A stretch of DNA of 64,000 nucleotides from Escherichia coli (GCF_050920415.1 NZ_CP169309.1), one strand, 5' to 3'; shown: positions 26,831 to 37,346, numbered from the stretch's first letter. Program-made: numbers and translations. The notes: a model not told the origin generated them from the letters alone.

Positions 26831-27852
26831 CGACGATAGTCTCGGAACGGGCCGTCAGCCACGGAGCGGCGTTCAATCAAGCGCGGATGCACTTCAATGG
26901 ACTGCGGTTCTTCACGTTTGTTGACGATACGATCCAACAGCATGTTGAACGCTGTTTCACCCAGCGAATCTTTTGGCTGATGGATCGTGGTCAGCGCCGG
27001 CGTAAAATAGCGGGCGTTGCGCACGTTATCATAACCGATCAGCGAAACATCCTGCGGGACGCGCAGACCCATTTCATCAGCAGCACAAAGTGCGCCCATT
27101 GCCATGATATCGCCACCACAGAAGACGGCAGTAGGGCGATGCGGCTGCGACAGTATTTGCTGCATGGCGCGATAACCGGATTCAGGTTCAAAGTCACCCT
27201 GTACAATCCAGCTTTCCGGCACTTTGATCATCGCTTCTTCCATTGCCTTCATAAAACCGGCAAGGCGGCCTGCACCAGTGTTACGTTCCAGAGGACCGGG
27301 GATAACGCCGATTTCACGGTGACCACGTTCAATCAGATAACGCCCGGCCATGTAGCCGCCTTCAAACGCGTTATCAATGACTGCATCGGTAAAGTCTGCC
27401 TTTGCTTCACCCCAGTCCATCACCACCATTGGGATATGGCGATACTCTTCCAGCATCGCCAGCAGCGGCTCTGGGTACTCAGAACACATCACCAGCAGAC
27501 CATCGACGCGTTTTTGCGCCATCATCGACAGATAAGCCCGCTGTTTCTCAAGATTGTTCCACGCATTACCCAGAATCAGGGTGTAACCTTTCTGGAAGCA
27601 ATTTTTTTCAACCGCTTCAATGATCTCGGCAAAATAGGCCGCTTCGCTGCTGGTCGCCAGCAAACCGATAGACTTGGTGTGGTTAACCTTCAGGCTACGC
27701 GCCACCGCGCTAGGGGAGTAGTGTAATTCTTTAATCGCTGCCCACACGGCGTTGCGCGTTTCTTCAGCGACGAAACGTGTTTTGTTGATTACGTGTGACA
27801 CAGTTGTAGTGGAAACGTTTGCTCGTTTCGCTACATCTTTTATTGTTGCCAT
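26827..27852 (-). CDS. purR: purine repressor PurR (LacI family)
   Basis: 341 aa; [27 protein letters not shown]. Confidence 0.97.
27809..27824. promoter_or_regulatory. PUR-box-like operator inside the purR 5' coding region (ggaaacgtttgctc)
   Basis: AAACGTTT core; 88 bp from the upstream box, matching the known spacing of the two purR autoregulatory operators. Confidence 0.45.
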
Positions 27853-27896
27853 TCCATTTCACTCCAGACCCTAACTTCAGCTCCTGCAAAATCGCA

Positions 27897-27912
27897 AGGT
27901 AAACGTTTGCCT
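27897..27912. promoter_or_regulatory. PUR box (aggtaaacgtttgcct) in the purR leader
   Basis: Near-perfect 16-bp palindrome with AAACGTTT core, about 45 bp upstream of the purR start codon. Confidence 0.5.
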
Positions 27913-28150
27913 TTACACACCTTACGCACAACAAAAATGTTGCGGTACGCCGGAAAAACGACACGGAGCGTCAGGAAGGGGTCAATGGCCAGTACGCAAA
28001 TAGTGTAAGCGTGGAATTTTGGCCGATCTTGACGAAAAGGGGAAGTGGTAAAAACACTTATCATTATAAATGACGGGAGATTTTTTCATCACAGTGTGTA
28101 AAAATGCGTAATATCACTTTTTGTGTGGTAATAAAAAAGGAGAAAACTTG

Positions 28151-28240
28151 ATGAGCACCGACCTTAAATTTTCACTGGTAACAACAATTATCGTCCTCGG
28201 TTTGATCGTGGCCGTGGGTTTGACTGCCGCGCTGCACTGA
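28151..28240 (+). CDS. ynhF: small hydrophobic protein YnhF (29 aa)
   Basis: ATG with SD aaggagaaaa; encodes MSTDLKFSLVTTIIVLGLIVAVGLTAALH, a single transmembrane segment; below the ORF-track size cutoff. Confidence 0.7.
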   Translation: MSTDLKFSLVTTIIVLGLIVAVGLTAALH

Positions 28241-28405
28241 TTTCCTCTCGAGGGAGCGCGTTCTCCCTCGCATCTCCTTCCTGTTTGTTAGCAAAATGGC
28301 AAAAGTGTTTTCTCTTTTTGTTATTTTCATTTTTTTGTGATTGCTGTCATGCTTTCGCCACTTTAATGAATATCGCGTAATGACGCGAAGAGGTGGAGAT
28401 AAGGC

Positions 28406-29575
28406 ATGAAAATTAACTATCCGTTGCTGGCGCTGGCGATTGGCGCGTTTGGTATCGGGACAACGGAGTTCTCGCCAATGGGCTTGTTGCCCGTCATTGC
28501 GCGCGGTGTGGATGTCTCGATTCCCGCTGCCGGAATGTTAATCAGTGCCTATGCAGTTGGCGTAATGGTGGGCGCGCCGCTGATGACGCTTCTACTTTCT
28601 CATCGTGCCCGCCGCAGTGCGTTGATTTTCCTGATGGCGATTTTCACGCTCGGCAACGTACTTTCCGCCATCGCGCCGGATTATATGACCCTGATGCTTT
28701 CACGCATTTTGACCAGCCTGAATCACGGAGCATTTTTTGGTTTGGGTTCAGTCGTGGCCGCAAGCGTGGTGCCAAAACATAAACAGGCCAGCGCAGTTGC
28801 CACTATGTTTATGGGGTTAACCCTGGCAAATATCGGTGGCGTGCCGGCGGCGACCTGGTTGGGTGAAACCATCGGCTGGCGGATGTCATTTCTGGCAACG
28901 GCGGGGCTGGGCGTGATTTCAATGGTAAGTCTGTTCTTCTCATTACCTAAAGGTGGCGCAGGGGCGCGACCTGAAGTGAAAAAAGAGCTGGCGGTATTAA
29001 TGCGTCCGCAGGTGCTGTCTGCATTGCTGACGACGGTGCTGGGAGCTGGCGCCATGTTTACCCTCTACACCTATATCTCTCCGGTACTGCAAAGTATTAC
29101 CCACGCAACACCGGTGTTCGTCACGGCAATGCTGGTGCTGATTGGTGTCGGGTTCTCTATTGGGAACTATCTCGGCGGCAAACTGGCAGATCGTTCAGTT
29201 AACGGCACGTTGAAAGGCTTTTTGTTGCTGCTGATGGTGATTATGCTGGCAATCCCGTTCCTGGCCCGCAATGAGTTTGGCGCAGCTATTAGCATGGTGG
29301 TGTGGGGAGCAGCAACCTTTGCGGTCGTACCGCCGTTACAGATGCGCGTGATGCGTGTCGCCAGTGAAGCGCCTGGTCTGTCTTCATCAGTCAATATTGG
29401 TGCCTTTAATCTAGGAAATGCGCTGGGAGCAGCTGCTGGTGGTGCGGTAATTTCCGCTGGGCTGGGATACAGTTTTGTGCCGGTGATGGGGGCGATTGTC
29501 GCGGGACTGGCATTATTGCTGGTGTTTATGTCAGCCAGAAAACAACCTGAGGCAGTTTGCGTTGCCAACAGCTAA
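28406..29575 (+). CDS. ydhP: MFS transporter YdhP
   Basis: 389 aa; 12-TMS MFS. Confidence 0.9.
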   Translation: MKINYPLLALAIGAFGIGTTEFSPMGLLPVIARGVDVSIPAAGMLISAYAVGVMVGAPLMTLLLSHRARRSALIFLMAIFTLGNVLSAIAPDYMTLMLSRILTSLNHGAFFGLGSVVAASVVPKHKQASAVATMFMGLTLANIGGVPAATWLGETIGWRMSFLATAGLGVISMVSLFFSLPKGGAGARPEVKKELAVLMRPQVLSALLTTVLGAGAMFTLYTYISPVLQSITHATPVFVTAMLVLIGVGFSIGNYLGGKLADRSVNGTLKGFLLLLMVIMLAIPFLARNEFGAAISMVVWGAATFAVVPPLQMRVMRVASEAPGLSSSVNIGAFNLGNALGAAAGGAVISAGLGYSFVPVMGAIVAGLALLLVFMSARKQPEAVCVANS

Positions 29576-29585
29576 TTAAACAAAA

Positions 29586-29609
29586 ACGCAGAAGGATAAC
29601 CTTCTGCGT
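29586..29609 (-). terminator. intrinsic terminator at the end of the sodB 3' UTR
   Basis: Stem acgcagaagg-ataa-ccttctgcgt followed, on the minus strand, by a U-run. Confidence 0.6.
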
Positions 29610-29638
29610 TACAGTTGCTGGCAACGTGCGATTTATCT

Positions 29639-29698
29639 TGCCGGATGCGGTGTTAACGCTTCATCCGAGTTGGCATGGTAAGCGAAGCGCATCAGGCA
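29639..29698. repeat. REP-like (repetitive extragenic palindrome) sequence
   Basis: gccggatgcggtgttaacgcttcatccg closely resembles the REP consensus GCCGGATGCGGCGTGAACGCCTTATCCGGC; followed by ...gcgcatcaggca. Confidence 0.4.
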
Positions 29699-29720
29699 AT
29701 GTTGCATTTGCCATCAGTTA

Positions 29721-30302
29721 TTATGCAGCGAGATTTTTTGCTACGAATTCCCAGTTCACCAGCGCCCAGAAGTGCTCCAGATAGCCAGGACGTGCATTGC
29801 GATAGTCGATGTAATAAGCGTGTTCCCAGACATCAACGGTCAGCAGTGGAGTCGCATCGGTGGTCAGCGGAGTACCCGCGTTAGAGGTTGAAACGATAGC
29901 CAGTTTGCCATCGCTGTTTTTCACCAGCCAGGTCCAGCCAGAACCAAAGTTTTTGATTGCTGCATCAGTAAACTGTGCTTTGAAATCGGCAAAGCTGCCA
30001 AAAGATGCGGCGATAGCTTCAGCGACTTTTCCAGTCGGTTCGCCACCCGCGTTCGGTGCCAGGCAGTTCCAGTAGAAAGTATGGTTCCAGACCTGAGCTG
30101 CGTTGTTGAATACGCCACCTTCAGAGCTGCGAATAATCTCTTCCAGTGATTTACCTTCAAACGCGGTACCTTTAATCAGGTTGTTCAGGTTAGTGACATA
30201 AGTCTGATGATGCTTGCCGTAGTGATACTCGATGGTTTCCGCAGAAATGTGCGGTGCCAGAGCATCTTTAGCATATGGTAGTGCAGGTAATTCGAATGAC
30301 AT
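29721..30302 (-). CDS. sodB: Fe superoxide dismutase
   Basis: 193 aa; recognised SodB sequence. Confidence 0.97.
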   Translation of the reverse strand: MSFELPALPYAKDALAPHISAETIEYHYGKHHQTYVTNLNNLIKGTAFEGKSLEEIIRSSEGGVFNNAAQVWNHTFYWNCLAPNAGGEPTGKVAEAIAASFGSFADFKAQFTDAAIKNFGSGWTWLVKNSDGKLAIVSTSNAGTPLTTDATPLLTVDVWEHAYYIDYRNARPGYLEHFWALVNWEFVAKNLAA

Positions 30303-30357
30303 TGCTACTCTCCTTTATTATTAATTTGCATACGTACAATAGCCTTATTGTGCGTAT
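30303..30357 (-). promoter_or_regulatory. sodB 5' UTR (RyhB sRNA target region around the SD and start codon)
   Basis: Minus-strand leader atacgcacaataaggctattgtacgtatgcaaattaataataaaggagagtagcaATG matches the sodB leader as I recall it. Confidence 0.5.
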
Positions 30358-30397
30358 GGATAGGGTAGCAAATTAAAAGGTGAGACAAAAGATGAAC

Positions 30398-30425
30398 TTA
30401 CCCTGTTGCCGTAACAACAGGGTAA
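30398..30425 (-). terminator. mepH terminator hairpin
   Basis: 11-bp stem ttaccctgttg-ccgtaa-caacagggtaa immediately after the mepH stop. Confidence 0.5.
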
Positions 30426-30429
30426 AGTT

Positions 30430-31257
30430 TTAGCGAAGTGTTTTTGGGGTCATTACCCGGCGAGCGCCAACATAGTGGCGCTGCCAGTAGTCTTCACTGA
30501 GAGAAGTGATTTGAATTTCCTGACCCGTACGCGGTGACTGAATAAATTTGCCGTTGCCGACATACACGCCGACATGATCGGCTGTACCGCGTCCCTGAGT
30601 ACGGAAGAAGACCAGGTCGCCGTTTTTCAGTTCACTACGTTCGATAGGTGCTGCATCACGCAGGTGATACATTTCATTCGCCGTACGCGGAATACGAATT
30701 TTTACCAAATCTTTATAAGCGTAATAAACCAGACCGCTGCAATCAAAACCGGTACGCGGTGAGCTGCCACCCCAACGATATGGCTTACCAATTTGCTGCA
30801 TCAGTTTATTCATTGCCACTTTTGTGGCTTTTTGCACCTTCGCTTTGTGTGCGTCGGCAAGGGTTCCTGACGCGGCATTTTTGACTTTCACACAATGCGA
30901 TTTATAGCCCTTACGTTTGGTACACTTTTCGGTAAAGCTGGCTGAGGCCGTTTTATTGACGACGTGTTTGCTGCGAGTTTTGGCGTTTTTAGAAGCGGTA
31001 ATGGAAGATTTTTTAACGGAGGAAGCGGTTTTGCTTTTGGTCGTACTTTTACTGGCGGCTTTTTTCGCTGTTTTCTGGCTGGCTTTCTGGGTCTTTTTGG
31101 TGGTTGCCGTGCTTTTCTTTTTATCTGCTTTTTTGGTGATATGAGTGGTAGCAGAACTCTCCCTGGCTTGCTTTGAAGCATGGGCCATAGGCATTAAAGG
31201 CAGGGTGGTAAAAAGTAAAGCACAGAGCGTGATCGAAATACGGTTTATCCGCGCCAC
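30430..31257 (-). CDS. mepH: NlpC/P60 peptidoglycan DD-endopeptidase MepH (YdhO)
   Basis: 275-aa ORF; signal peptide, Lys/Thr/Ser-rich linker, catalytic DCSGLV motif. Confidence 0.9.
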   Translation of the reverse strand: MARINRISITLCALLFTTLPLMPMAHASKQARESSATTHITKKADKKKSTATTKKTQKASQKTAKKAASKSTTKSKTASSVKKSSITASKNAKTRSKHVVNKTASASFTEKCTKRKGYKSHCVKVKNAASGTLADAHKAKVQKATKVAMNKLMQQIGKPYRWGGSSPRTGFDCSGLVYYAYKDLVKIRIPRTANEMYHLRDAAPIERSELKNGDLVFFRTQGRGTADHVGVYVGNGKFIQSPRTGQEIQITSLSEDYWQRHYVGARRVMTPKTLR

Positions 31258-31591
31258 TGAGCGTCCCTCTGTTAAGGCAGGTCTATCATGCCTGCGTCTG
31301 ATTTACAAAACTTGATAATTCTAATGCATAGAAGAAGAGAAAGTTAATAGCTTTTATTGTTAAAAAATACGTTTCGTCGGCGAGCGCAAAAAAATGCAGC
31401 AGTGGAAGCTAAAAATGGTTATAAATACGCCAGTTTGCCGTGCATAAGGGAAGAAACGAATATTTGAAATGCAACAAATAGAACAAAGGGATAAAATAGC
31501 AAAAGCGTGATGAAAATGTTATTTTCCGATGCCGCACTGACCCGCTACAATGTCAGATTACTGCCGTAAAGAAGTTTGAGGAAGCAAGACA

Positions 31592-31939
31592 ATGAGCACC
31601 ACTATCGAAAAAATCCAACGCCAGATTGCTGAAAACCCGATCCTGCTGTACATGAAAGGTTCACCGAAACTGCCGAGCTGCGGTTTCTCTGCCCAGGCAG
31701 TCCAGGCGCTTGCCGCATGTGGCGAACGTTTTGCCTATGTTGATATCCTGCAGAATCCGGACATTCGTGCGGAACTGCCGAAATATGCTAACTGGCCGAC
31801 CTTCCCGCAACTGTGGGTTGACGGCGAGCTGGTCGGCGGTTGTGATATCGTGATCGAAATGTATCAGCGTGGCGAACTGCAGCAGCTGATCAAAGAAACT
31901 GCCGCTAAATACAAGTCTGAAGAGCCGGACGCTGAATAA
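31592..31939 (+). CDS. grxD: monothiol glutaredoxin Grx4
   Basis: 115 aa; CGFS active-site motif. Confidence 0.95.
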   Translation: MSTTIEKIQRQIAENPILLYMKGSPKLPSCGFSAQAVQALAACGERFAYVDILQNPDIRAELPKYANWPTFPQLWVDGELVGGCDIVIEMYQRGELQQLIKETAAKYKSEEPDAE

Positions 31940-31953
31940 TCCGTCCTGCAATA

Positions 31954-31988
31954 CTGACGGATGCGAACGGGCATCCGTCAGTCCTTTC
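31954..31988 (+). terminator. grxD terminator hairpin
   Basis: Stem ctgacggatgc-gaacgg-gcatccgtcag followed by tcctttctc. Confidence 0.55.
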
Positions 31989-31989
31989 T

Positions 31990-34900
31990 CTATCCCCAAT
32001 CCAGTCCTTGTGGCGAACTTGAAAATCCCGCCTCACGCAGCAGCGTAAACATCGGCGTTTGCCGGACCGGTAGGTCATTCACTTCTGTTAGCGTAAAGCG
32101 CAGCCGTGGTTCGCGACGCAGTGCGGTAGTCAGCGCGTGGAAAATCTCTGGGGCGAGTAATTCCTCTTTTTCCTGCCAGACCAGCATTTTTTTGCCACCT
32201 TGCGCCAGATAGAGTAACAATTTGCCGCCAGAAACGACCACCAGCGCACCCGCCCGACGCGTTGGTATCAGCGTTGCCGGATGTGCAGGCCAGGGCAGAA
32301 GATTTCCCCATGCATTAGCCGGATCGTTGGCAGAGAGCGCCACTGGTGTATAGTGGCGCGTTTGCGTGGCTTGTGTCGCCAGATCGCGCAATCGGTCAAT
32401 AGTCAGACGTTCAGCGAATTGCGCGCCACCCAGACTTTCTACAAAACGACCTCGCATAATTCGCCCGGAGTCTTCCATACTTCGACAAAGCGTTTGCATC
32501 GATGGAAACCCGCCAGGGATATTTTCGGCTATCACCGCCTGACGACTGATGATGCCGTAGCGGTCGAGCATATTTTCCGCCAGCGCCAGCATCCTTTCGG
32601 TATCGTTTAGTGGCTCCACCTGCAATAACGACCAGCGTCCAGCCAGATTTGGTGTGTTGTAAGATAGCAGCGGCGAGACGGGTTGCGCATAGACAGGACG
32701 TCCACGACGAGCCCGGTGGCTGCGACGAGTTGAGGTGCGTGTGTTGGTACTGCTGCGGGTGAGGGCGCGTAACGGTGCCCAAATGTCGCTGGTGATGACG
32801 CCTTGCCAGACCAGCGCCCATAACGCCTCTTGCAGGGCTGAGGGAGCAACCGATTCGTCGATTTTATCGCGTATCCGTTGGCTGATTTGTTGTGCAAACC
32901 AGGCTCCTCCGTCAGCCAGAACCGTGACTATCGCTTGCTGCAGCGCCGAACGATTCGCCTGATTCGCTTCGGCGGGAGTGAACGATTCTGCGGCATATTC
33001 CTGTAGATGCAGTGCCACCAGACCGTCATCTTCACCCAGTTTTTTTTGCCCCGACCAGATAACCGCACCGGTTGCCAGTAATTCATCGAGCATTTCTGGC
33101 GAATAGTCGCGTACGCGGGCAGGCAGGATCTGGCTTTCCCAGAGTGAGGCGGGTAAACCGACTCCGGCAAGCTGTTCGATCACCCGCACGACGCCATCCA
33201 CACCCTCATAAACGCCTGGCGATGTTGAGGCAAAGAGTGCCGGGCTACCATCGGTGGCGGGTAATACGCCCTGACGTTCCAGCAGCAATCGCGCATAGGT
33301 CGTGGCCGCAACGGGACGTGTCGCTTCTCTGGCGGCTTGCAGCGAGCGCAAACGCAGACGACGAAATACTTCATCGCTCACCCAGATGCCTTGTTGCAGA
33401 TTCATCACCAGCCCCTGTTCGCGCAGTTGCTGAAGTTGCTCTTCGACAATGGCAATACCGAGACTAAACTCATGAGCCAGTTGTTCAGACGTGACCAGAG
33501 CATGAGCCCGGAGATAGCGCAGAAAGAGGTCGCGAAGCGGGTAACTGACTCGGTGCAAATAAATCTCTGGCAGTGACTCTGGTAGTCGTACGCCGAGGGC
33601 ATCGCGCAGCCTGGCGGCATCATCCATACAGGCAAGACGCTCCTGCCCGCTAATCATCGTCGGGAAGATTCGTTTTACTGCAAGAAGATTTTCCAGATAC
33701 GACGCAATCTTTTCACTGCTGCCTGTATGCCGTTGCGCCAGGTCTTCAACGGTCATTGGCCCCAGTTCGCGCAGCAGGTCGAACAATCCTTCTTCACCTT
33801 TCGCTCTTCTACCAGAAGCCAGTCGTTGCAACTCTTCTTCCACCTGGCGAATGACCTGCGGGTCGAGTAATTCCCCCGGATCGACCTGTCCGAGTAGATT
33901 GCGCAGTAACTCGCTGTCCAGCGACAGTACGGATGCCCGGCGCTCTGCCAGCGGGGCGTCGCTCTGGTACATAAATTCCGCGACATAGCCGAACAATAAA
34001 CTGGCGGCGAAAGGCGAAGGCGTAGGGGTCGTTACATCGGATATTTGAATTTCGCCACCGTTCAGGCGACGCATCAAACGTTCCAGCGCGGGAAGATCAT
34101 AAACATCTTGCAGACATTCGCGTAGGGTTTCGAGAATGACCGGAAAATCCGGATATCCCTGAGCGATTTCCAGCAACTGACTGGCGCGTAGCCGTTGTTG
34201 CCAAAGCGGGGTGCGATGGCCCGGCGTGCGGCCCGGCATTAATAATGCCCGCGCGGCGCATTCGCGAAAACGGGCGGCGAAAAGTGCCGAGCTGCCTACC
34301 GCCTCGCGGACAATTTGCAGCAACTTTTCTGGTTCAAACAAAAAAATCGCGGCATCGGGCAATTTACCATCGGTGTCAGGAATGCGCGCAACAATGCCGT
34401 CATCACTGGCAACCACAGACGCGTCAGCGCCCCATAGTGCATGTATTCGCCCGGCAATCGCCAGCGCCCAGGGTTCATGCACCCGTCTTCCATAGGGAGA
34501 GTGCAAAATAATACGCCAGTCGCCAATTTCATCACGGCACCGTTCGAGGACCAGATGACGACTACCCGGAACGATGCCCGTCGCGTTGCGCTGCTCGTCA
34601 ATCAACCCCTGAATATTGGCGATCGTATTTTCTTCTGCCAACCACGGGGGAATAGTCCCGGAAAAGAACGCGCCATCCGCCAGTAAATGGAGAAAATCGC
34701 CGATCATCTCGCCTAATTCTGCCGGACGTCCGTTACCTTCACCACGCCAGAAGGGAAGGCGGGCAGAACGACCTGGAGCAGGAGTCACAATCACCTGATC
34801 GCGGGTGATTTGCTGGATCCGCCATGAGGTAGCGCCGAGAGTGATAATGTCGTTCACCCGCGACTCATATACCATCTCCTCATCCAGTTCACCCACCCGC

Positions 34901-36606
34901 CGCGAACCGGCCTGTTCTTCACCTTCGGGTAATAACACGCTATACATGCCACGATCCGGAATGGTGCCACCGCTGGTAACCGCCAACAGCTGAGCGCCAG
35001 GTCGGGCGGTCAATATCCCGGTCTCCCTGTTCCAGACCAGTTTTGGTCGAAAAGCAGAAAAATCGCCAGAGGGATAGCGCCCGGAAAGCATATCCAGCGT
35101 GGCGTCAAAAACACGTCTTGGCAGATCTTTCCACGGTGCGGCACGGCGTACGCGGGAGTACCATTCGTCTGCCTGTAATGCATCCATCGCCGCGGTGGCA
35201 ACGGTCTGCTGCGCAAGGACGTCGAGTGGATTATGCGGTGGTGTCAGGTTTTCCAGCCTGCCTGCGAACATACACTCAACAATGACTGCGGAATCGACTA
35301 AGTCACGCCTGGTTCGGGGGAAAAAAAGCCCTTTGGAGATACCACCTACCTGGTGTCCGGCACGTCCAATGCGTTGTAACCCACTGGCAACAGAAAGCGG
35401 CGTTGCCACCTGAATTACCAGATCCACCGCGCCCATATCAATCCCCAGTTCGAGACTGGAGGTTGCGACCACGCAGCGTAATTCACCCGATTTCAGCGCC
35501 TGTTCGGTGATGGCTCGTTGTTCTTTAGACACGGAGCCGTGGTGTGAGCGGGCAATAAAAATGTCGCTACTTTGTACACGGTTAGAGGTTGCGCCGGAGG
35601 TCGACTCGAAATGGGCCGCATCAACGGCGATAGACGGGGAACGCTGTAAGCGTGCGGCGTAAAGCTCATTCAATCGTGCCGTCAGTTTTTCCGCCAGCCC
35701 GCGTGAATTAGTAAAGACAATGGTCGAGCGATGGCGCAAAACTTCATCAAGGATACCCGTTTCAATATATGGCCAGATGGAGCCTTCTCGGCCGGCATGG
35801 CTGTCTTCGCCGGTGCCGCTGGCGACCGATGAGACATCATCCATATTGGCGACCGGTACGACAATCCGTATCTGCGGATGGCGCATTGCGGGCGGGTTGA
35901 CTACCGTAACCGGGCGATCGCCACCAAGAAATGCTGCCACATCGCTGGCTGAGCGTACAGTGGCAGAAAGGCCAATTCGCTGTGCTGAGGTGTGGAGCAG
36001 CGCATCGAGCCGCTCCAGACTTAACGCCAGATGCGCACCACGTTTACTGCCCGCTACCGCGTGGACTTCATCAATAATTACCGTTTCGACGCCGCGTAGC
36101 GTTTCGCGCGCGCGGGAGGTCAGCATCAGATAGAGTGATTCGGGTGTGGTGATCAGAATATCCGGCGGATTACGGGTGAGTTTGCTGCGTTCCTGTGCAG
36201 GCGTATCGCCAGTACGGATCCCCACGCGAAGATTGACTTCCGTTTCGCCGCGCCGCCGCCGTTCATCGGCAATACCCTGTAACGGGATCTGCAAGTTGCG
36301 CTGAACGTCGGTGCCCAGAGCTTTGATCGGTGAAATATAGAGAATGCGTGAGGTTTTACGCTTATGCGCCTCGCGGGTATCTTCGCCGCCTTCGCGGAAG
36401 AGCTGATCGAGGGCGTAGAGAAATGCTGCCAGCGTTTTCCCGGAGCCAGTCGGTGCAATCACCAGCGCATGTTCGCCTCGCGCCGCCACATGCCAGGTTT
36501 GCGACTGGACAGCGGTCGGCTGTTTAAAGGCGCGAAGAAACCAGTCGCGGGTCGCCGGTGAAAACACGTCCGGCAGGGGCGATGAAGGGTTTAGATTATC
36601 TGCCAT
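31990..36606 (-). CDS. lhr: ATP-dependent helicase Lhr (large helicase-related protein)
   Basis: 1538 aa; superfamily-2 helicase motifs (GSGKT, DEVH). Confidence 0.95.
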   Translation of the reverse strand: MADNLNPSSPLPDVFSPATRDWFLRAFKQPTAVQSQTWHVAARGEHALVIAPTGSGKTLAAFLYALDQLFREGGEDTREAHKRKTSRILYISPIKALGTDVQRNLQIPLQGIADERRRRGETEVNLRVGIRTGDTPAQERSKLTRNPPDILITTPESLYLMLTSRARETLRGVETVIIDEVHAVAGSKRGAHLALSLERLDALLHTSAQRIGLSATVRSASDVAAFLGGDRPVTVVNPPAMRHPQIRIVVPVANMDDVSSVASGTGEDSHAGREGSIWPYIETGILDEVLRHRSTIVFTNSRGLAEKLTARLNELYAARLQRSPSIAVDAAHFESTSGATSNRVQSSDIFIARSHHGSVSKEQRAITEQALKSGELRCVVATSSLELGIDMGAVDLVIQVATPLSVASGLQRIGRAGHQVGGISKGLFFPRTRRDLVDSAVIVECMFAGRLENLTPPHNPLDVLAQQTVATAAMDALQADEWYSRVRRAAPWKDLPRRVFDATLDMLSGRYPSGDFSAFRPKLVWNRETGILTARPGAQLLAVTSGGTIPDRGMYSVLLPEGEEQAGSRRVGELDEEMVYESRVNDIITLGATSWRIQQITRDQVIVTPAPGRSARLPFWRGEGNGRPAELGEMIGDFLHLLADGAFFSGTIPPWLAEENTIANIQGLIDEQRNATGIVPGSRHLVLERCRDEIGDWRIILHSPYGRRVHEPWALAIAGRIHALWGADASVVASDDGIVARIPDTDGKLPDAAIFLFEPEKLLQIVREAVGSSALFAARFRECAARALLMPGRTPGHRTPLWQQRLRASQLLEIAQGYPDFPVILETLRECLQDVYDLPALERLMRRLNGGEIQISDVTTPTPSPFAASLLFGYVAEFMYQSDAPLAERRASVLSLDSELLRNLLGQVDPGELLDPQVIRQVEEELQRLASGRRAKGEEGLFDLLRELGPMTVEDLAQRHTGSSEKIASYLENLLAVKRIFPTMISGQERLACMDDAARLRDALGVRLPESLPEIYLHRVSYPLRDLFLRYLRAHALVTSEQLAHEFSLGIAIVEEQLQQLREQGLVMNLQQGIWVSDEVFRRLRLRSLQAAREATRPVAATTYARLLLERQGVLPATDGSPALFASTSPGVYEGVDGVVRVIEQLAGVGLPASLWESQILPARVRDYSPEMLDELLATGAVIWSGQKKLGEDDGLVALHLQEYAAESFTPAEANQANRSALQQAIVTVLADGGAWFAQQISQRIRDKIDESVAPSALQEALWALVWQGVITSDIWAPLRALTRSSTNTRTSTRRSHRARRGRPVYAQPVSPLLSYNTPNLAGRWSLLQVEPLNDTERMLALAENMLDRYGIISRQAVIAENIPGGFPSMQTLCRSMEDSGRIMRGRFVESLGGAQFAERLTIDRLRDLATQATQTRHYTPVALSANDPANAWGNLLPWPAHPATLIPTRRAGALVVVSGGKLLLYLAQGGKKMLVWQEKEELLAPEIFHALTTALRREPRLRFTLTEVNDLPVRQTPMFTLLREAGFSSSPQGLDWG

Positions 36607-36698
36607 TAACGCTATTCCCCGTGAATATCATGCATGATGCGTGGAATAGCCTCACTATAGATGCCTGAATCATTGCATGTCATCAGGCATCGACTCGA

Positions 36699-37346
36699 TT
36701 ACACCTCTTCGGCGGCAGGTAGCGGCCAGCCTCCCAGACGTTTCCAGCGGTTGACGATTTCACAAAACAGCACAGCAGTGCGTTCGGTGTCGTACAGCGC
36801 GGAGTGCGCCTGGGTGCTGTCGAAGTCCATGCCAGCGGTCTGGCAAGCCTTTGACAATACGGTTTGTCCGAGTGCCAGCCCGGCCAGTGCAGCAGTGTCA
36901 AAAGTGGCGAAAGGGTGGAACGGGTTACGTTTCAGTGAGGCGCGTTCTGCGGCGGCCATCATAAAGCTGTGATCAAAATTGGCGTTGTGCGCCACCATAA
37001 TGGCGCGGTTACAGCCGCTCGCTTTAATGCCTTTACGTACAACTTTAAAAATTTCGTGCAGCGCCTCGTATTCGCTGACCGCGCCGCGATCGGGATCGTT
37101 CGGGTCAATGCCGTTGAAGGCGAGGGCCTCTGGCTGCAAATTTGCGCCGACAAATGGTTCTACGTGGAAATGTAATGTGGTGTCCGGCATCAGCCAGCCT
37201 TGTTCATCCATTTTCAGGGTGATGGCGGCAATCTCAAGCAGCGCATCGGTTTTAGCGTTAAATCCGGCTGTTTCAACATCGATCACAACAGGATAAAAAC
37301 CACGAAAACGGTCGCACAGACCGGTAAGTTGAGCGTTATCGGACAT
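36699..37346 (-). CDS. rnt: ribonuclease T
   Basis: 215 aa; DEDDh exonuclease. Confidence 0.95.
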
